Shown piece by piece: positions 59,417-64,000 of a DNA stretch of 64,000 nucleotides. The position numbers were made by a program, and so were the translations under genes. This DNA is from a virus (Duplodnaviria; Caudoviricetes), in IMG/VR virus record IMGVR_UViG_3300024268_000035, positions 1-64,000 of that record. One strand, given 5' to 3'. A model generated the notes under the pieces. The model made no database searches, had not been told where the DNA came from, and saw only the letters and a program-made list of their open reading frames with translations. Position 1 is the stretch's first letter; each line of letters opens with the position of its first letter.

Positions 59417-59722
59417 TCAGGCAAATATCATCTTGTCACCGCGCTCCGTGATTTCACCACGGAAGCAGTTGCCGCAGTACATCCACACACCGGGAGCGAT
59501 CCGGGTGAAGGTCAGATAGGTATTGCGGTAGTTGCCTGTGTCCGGGTCTTTCCGCATAGAATAGGGTTCGCCGAGCTGGGAACATCTGCTGCTCATACAG
59601 GCAGGCGGCATACAATCCATGAAGTCATCCACCACAGCCTGCGAAACATAGTCGCCGATTTTTGCGGTACTGGTATCAAATTCGCCCTCCTGAATAACGG
59701 GCTTATTGTTGTAGGTAGTCAT
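59417..59722 (-). CDS. Hypothetical protein
   Basis: First gene after motif copy 59752; QLGEPYS, TYLTF. Confidence 0.6.
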   Translation of the reverse strand: MTTYNNKPVIQEGEFDTSTAKIGDYVSQAVVDDFMDCMPPACMSSRCSQLGEPYSMRKDPDTGNYRNTYLTFTRIAPGVWMYCGNCFRGEITERGDKMIFA

Positions 59723-60233
59723 TGTAAATCCTCCTTGATGTGTTGTCCACCTATTACAACTAACTGCCGATCATGGCGGAAATTAACCTTGATGAACGAA
59801 ATTTTTGAAGTTTTCTTCTGCGCGAATAGATTGGATAAATGCCTTATAGCTGTCAATTTCTTTGGTACTTTCATCCATCTGCATTCGCAGGTCATTTACT
59901 TCTCGTATGGATTCATCACGAAAAGTCGTTCGCAGGGAATGAAGTATGGTGTTTACCGGTTCGATCCAGCTTTCGCGGATGACTTCGCCATCCAGAACGA
60001 CCTGCTCAAACAGCTTCACATCGTTGATACAGTCAGGATCGTTCGTGCTGCACATCCGGAAAAACATAACCAGATAGAAAGAAAGAGCTTCATCCAGTGA
60101 AGGGAAGCTCTTAATTCTTTCTTCTTCTCGTTCAGTGTATTCTACCTGATACCGGGTTTCGATCTTTACGCTTTCTTTCTGGTATGAAATCATGGGTATC
60201 TCCTTATGTATAAATATACAGTATTTATGTATA

Positions 60234-60917
60234 TCAGGTATTTTCGGTGGTTTTGGGGCGGAAATTGCGGTTAAAGGTATTGCTATAGGCGCATACGCCA
60301 TTCCAGTCGTTGTAGGTAACTTTTTCCGTCTGGTCGCCGTTCTGAAAAATCAGATTTGCTCTGGGCGGGTTTCCGTCATCCGTTCGTCTTCTGGTTCCGC
60401 AGATAAGCCACTTTGCAAAGTCTTCACGACGGGAGACTTCACGCAGATAATAGTTTTCGGATTCGGTTCCGCGATATACTTCCCGTCCGGTTCCGCATTC
60501 GATTTCAACAAACTCCACGGGGATGATCTTTTCGGGATTTCTGGTCAGATCGTTGTGATAGTCGTTCTGGGGGATTTCTACGAAATAGGTATTTAATCTG
60601 CGAATGAGTACAGCATGATCCTTGATATACTCTACGCCCAGCATCTCAAATTCCTTTTTGGGAAGAAAAACATAGTCCTGAACATCTCTGCAGGAGCATA
60701 TCACCTTGATCCAGTCATCCATATTGATGTTGAACTCGCTGTACTCGCGGCGGTCTTCTTCGGTAGGTTCAGTGAATGTGGTTACAAACTCCGCAGCTTC
60801 GATGGAATAGAAATCTTCGTCGCAGTCGAAGCACTGATAGGTATATTCCGGATTGTCAGACTTTGCAAGCACTTTACCGCATTTCGGGCAGCGGTAGGAT
60901 ATGTGTTTTTCGTTCAT
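60234..60917 (-). CDS. Hypothetical protein with N-terminal zinc ribbon
   Basis: CPKCG...CFDCDEDF. Confidence 0.55.
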   Translation of the reverse strand: MNEKHISYRCPKCGKVLAKSDNPEYTYQCFDCDEDFYSIEAAEFVTTFTEPTEEDRREYSEFNINMDDWIKVICSCRDVQDYVFLPKKEFEMLGVEYIKDHAVLIRRLNTYFVEIPQNDYHNDLTRNPEKIIPVEFVEIECGTGREVYRGTESENYYLREVSRREDFAKWLICGTRRRTDDGNPPRANLIFQNGDQTEKVTYNDWNGVCAYSNTFNRNFRPKTTENT

Positions 60918-61439
60918 GATTTTTCACTCCATTCTTGAGCTTTCAGCTCATCATTGACTTGTTTGTAATTTTTGTTTCGCCAGTCGTTGATGTGCTTACA
61001 TATCCAACGACCTTTTCTCCATTTATGCACGGTCATTCCGTAGGTTCCGAAAACAATGTAACCGCCCGGAATATCCCAGTCGAAACTTTCTTCTCGCTGA
61101 CCGATCTGACGGAGTTCTTCCCATTCAGTTTTCGTGAACATTTTTGTTTTCCTTTTTCAGAAATTCTTTGGCACAGTCAGGGCATCGGATAAGATCACTT
61201 TCCTGCATGATCTTCCGGTATCCATCCTCTCCCACGGCATCTTTCAGGCATTTGGAACAGAATATACTTCCGCAGACCTCGCAGCCCCACATTTCACCGT
61301 GGATTTCATCGGTTTTGTCCCATTCGATTTCCGTCTCACAGAAATCACATGAGTAAAGGTTTTCGTTGATATACGGCATCCAGTATCACCTCCTATTATA
61401 ACTAACTGCCGTCAATACAGATAATTAACCAGAAAACAA

Positions 61440-61468
61440 AAAAGCGGGAAAGATTTTGCCTTCCCGCT
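61440..61468 (-). terminator. Intrinsic terminator
   Basis: AGCGGGAA/TTCCCGCT hairpin with a T-run on the minus strand. Confidence 0.6.
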
Positions 61469-61703
61469 ATTCTTAATCTGTGATGATATAAAGAACCAGA
61501 GAATCCATACCGGATTTCTGATCGTAGCTTGATGTGATACGGTCAATCCTGTATTCTCCGTATTCATTTACAGCATACTCAATAGAACATCCGCTGTCCA
61601 ATGTTCTTTGCTTTGTTTGATCCCAGACAATAGCCCACTGAAGATTGCCGGTTACACTGCGAAGGATCGGCTTCAGGTCTTTGAGCTTCATATATACCTC
61701 CTG

Positions 61704-62102
61704 TTATACAGCGTAAATCAGTTTTACGCCGTCGCGTTCTGCGTGGAATGCTTCTGCCACAGGGCAGTCATAGCACAGTGCGGTGTTGCATTTTCTGGGG
61801 CTTCGGCAGGCTCGTCCATCCACTCCGCAAATCACAGGCACTTCTTTCTTTGCATGGAGGACGATCCGGCATCCGGTCAGCTTTTCGGAAATCAGGGTTT
61901 TCAGATAATTCAAGGCATATTCATCCTTATCAAAATACTGGCTTTCGATCTTCCAACGCCAGATGCTTCCTTTATCATCCTTCGGAAGCTCCGTAATCTT
62001 GATTTCTTTGCCGTTTGTCAAGTGGATGATGTATCTGTTATCGCTGACCTGCTCTGCATTCAGATACAGGCTGTCAGTGATGTACATTTTCATTTTACTC
62101 AT
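61704..62102 (-). CDS. Hypothetical protein
   Basis: GGAGG RBS; Cys cluster. Confidence 0.5.
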   Translation of the reverse strand: MSKMKMYITDSLYLNAEQVSDNRYIIHLTNGKEIKITELPKDDKGSIWRWKIESQYFDKDEYALNYLKTLISEKLTGCRIVLHAKKEVPVICGVDGRACRSPRKCNTALCYDCPVAEAFHAERDGVKLIYAV

Positions 62103-62442
62103 GTGTTTCCTCCTATAATACGCCCAGCTCTTTCAGGGCGGTTCTGCCGAGAGTGTAGATATGAGAATCTCCGCAGTTATACTTTCTGTACCATTCGCAG
62201 ATGGTATTTGTACCGATAAATGCTCTCAGGCATTCCCATGTCAGACGCTCATCGTAATTGATGTATTCATGACTCTTTTTCAGGCGAGGTGCGTACTCCT
62301 TGATTTTTGCAAGGTTCTTTGAAAAAGCGGATTTCACTTCGGGAAATTCATCCGCCAGTTTCATTCTGGGCATTTGTTTTGCTCCTTTGTTGTGTTTGAG
62401 TTCCTATTATAACTAACTGTCCGGAAACGTGAAAATTAACCG

Positions 62443-62856
62443 TTAGCCGTAAATTACTTCATTAAAAACGGCAAACTGGAGAATCTGATCTGCGGCTTCT
62501 CCGTCCATATCATCAATGCCGGTACGTCCATCCGACGCAACGAGCTTCATATAGTCACGGAAGCCATTCAGAAGGGAAGACAGGGGGAGATCATAGTCTT
62601 CGTCGTCCTCTCTGTCGTAGACTTTCAGAATTCCGCCGTGTTCCAGAATTTCGGCGCATACATCTTCATAGCAGATGTCTTCTGGATTCTTCTTTTCTTT
62701 GGTCATCCGATCCACAAGGCGCAGTCTGGCAGCTTCATAATCATTTTCATCCCAGCAGATTTCCGCCCAGTAATCAAATCCGCCGCCCTCCATTGCAAGC
62801 AGGTTTACGATGTCGTCCGTAGTGATAACAGTTTCGATAATGATTTTATGTTCCAT
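62443..62856 (-). CDS. Conserved phage hypothetical protein
   Basis: EGG..YWA...ADQILQFAVFNEVIYG pattern. Confidence 0.6.
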   Translation of the reverse strand: MEHKIIIETVITTDDIVNLLAMEGGGFDYWAEICWDENDYEAARLRLVDRMTKEKKNPEDICYEDVCAEILEHGGILKVYDREDDEDYDLPLSSLLNGFRDYMKLVASDGRTGIDDMDGEAADQILQFAVFNEVIYG

Positions 62857-63079
62857 TTTTTATTCCTCCGATATGCTATTTATCGCTGTTAAACCGAACA
62901 AACTGCCATCTGATTCAAGTGATCCGACAAATTTGATCCAGTTTAGATATATCCTTTTCCATTTTTCGATCTCTTCTGGGCTATTTGATTTTGCGGCACT
63001 TTTTACTTTTTCTACCAGCAAATTTGTTATCTCAGAAGATGTTTCTCCATAAAGAATTACTCTTTCCATTGGTTTTCAC

Positions 63080-63361
63080 CTACACTTCCGATTCATCCAT
63101 TTCGCTGGATTCTTTTTCGTGCTTTTCGATGATCCGCTTATACTTTTCCGGCATTTTATGATACATCCGGATTTTATGTGCGCTGCTATACATATCCAGA
63201 TAAACCTCCGTCACGACGGTAGTTTTCAGTCCGTCGCCATACATCAGGATGTCGCCGCATCCGAGAACGGGATCACGCATCTGGATGATCTCGCCGCCTT
63301 TTTCGATGTACTCATTCATGAGCTTATCCACGGCGGAGCTGGTATATAATGATTGGGTCAT
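63080..63361 (-). CDS. Hypothetical protein
   Basis: First gene after motif copy 63398. Confidence 0.55.
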   Translation of the reverse strand: MTQSLYTSSAVDKLMNEYIEKGGEIIQMRDPVLGCGDILMYGDGLKTTVVTEVYLDMYSSAHKIRMYHKMPEKYKRIIEKHEKESSEMDESEV

Positions 63362-63469
63362 GGTGTGTCCTCCGTTTTGTTCGTTTTGTTTTCCCTCTAT
63401 TACAACTTACTGCGTAGAACGGGATAAATTAACCGGTAAAATAAAAAAATGCAGAAAAATCTGCATTGG

Positions 63470-63499
63470 TTGACTTTGGTTGGTATTGTGTGGTATAAT
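63470..63499 (+). promoter_or_regulatory. Sigma-A-like promoter with extended -10
   Basis: TTGACT-N18-TATAAT with TG upstream of the -10. Confidence 0.6.
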
Positions 63500-63548
63500 G
63501 TGAATGGTTCGGTATATTCAAAATTCTACATAAAAGGAAGTATAATAT

Positions 63549-63947
63549 ATGGCACTCATAAAATGTCCGGATTGCGGAAAGGAAGTCAGCGACAGAGCGA
63601 AAGCCTGCATCCACTGCGGCTGTCCTTTGGATGAAATTGTAACAAGCGGAGTTGTACGCATTAAGATTCCGAACAATATTGTCACCGGATGGGCAGGGCT
63701 GTTCTCATCCCGCAGAGCAGTGATAACCTCCGATGGTGGTGAAACAGTTTGGGAAGGCAGCCACGGAGACAATGCCAGCTTTACGATTGATAAACCGATG
63801 AACATCCAGATTGATCTTGGCGGCTGGGCAAATCCGGTTATGGGAACCGTAGAGCCTAAAAAGAAATATTCCTGTGTTCAGGATATGGGCGTTCATATGC
63901 TTGCAACATATCGACTGACGGAAGTTGATGTGATTGATGCAGACTGA
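63549..63947 (+). CDS. Zinc-ribbon domain protein (moron-like, own promoter)
   Basis: MALIKCPDCGKEVSDRAKACIHCGCP. Confidence 0.8.
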   Translation: MALIKCPDCGKEVSDRAKACIHCGCPLDEIVTSGVVRIKIPNNIVTGWAGLFSSRRAVITSDGGETVWEGSHGDNASFTIDKPMNIQIDLGGWANPVMGTVEPKKKYSCVQDMGVHMLATYRLTEVDVIDAD

Positions 63948-64000
63948 AGGTGATAGAGGTGTTTGACAGAAAAGCAATACTTGAAATGGCAAAAGAAAAT

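Larger units (their letters stand above)
54910..63434 (-). repeat. Eight dispersed copies of the 37-bp bipartite promoter-like motif (54910, 56440, 58145, 59063, 59752, 61394, 62405, 63398)
   Basis: Plus-strand TATTA(C/T)AACT(A/T)AC(T/C)-N15-AATTAACC, each just upstream of a minus-strand RBS. Confidence 0.85.

Noticed and set aside
54910-63434. Repeats with variable spacers resembling a CRISPR or attC array
   Set aside because: Copies are hundreds to thousands of bases apart, non-palindromic, have a 15-nt internal spacer and sit just upstream of RBSs; a promoter explains them better, and no cas operon is present

Overview
Nearly all genes lie on the minus strand. The window looks like the non-structural arm of a large SPbeta-like temperate phage or prophage, probably of a clostridial (Bacillota) host; no capsid or tail genes are present. 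Left to right it contains: a partial Tn916-type integrase; accessory and anti-defence genes (Lar, NADAR, macrodomain, radical SAM enzymes, DNA-modification genes); nucleotide metabolism (dut, nrdG, nrdD, thyX, dNMP kinase); replication and recombination (DnaE, primase-helicase, SSB, ERF); an RNA-repair trio; seven genes sharing an N-terminal MKxRxDFVTNSSSS(S/C) peptide near a radical SAM/SPASM enzyme; a TROVE/vWA-like protein preceded by tRNAs and tRNA-chimeric RNAs with a shared helix+ACAGCAA motif; an ABC/PspA module; a regulatory switch (MrpR-like, XRE, ImmA); and a region of short early genes with a repeated bipartite promoter. The most striking features are (1) the putative Ro60/Y-RNA-like system with tRNA chimeras, (2) the TNSSSSS-leader/rSAM cluster, and (3) DNA-modification genes in which G/C homopolymer tracts select alternative cassettes stored in different reading frames. 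All family assignments come from motif recognition by eye, not from database searches.
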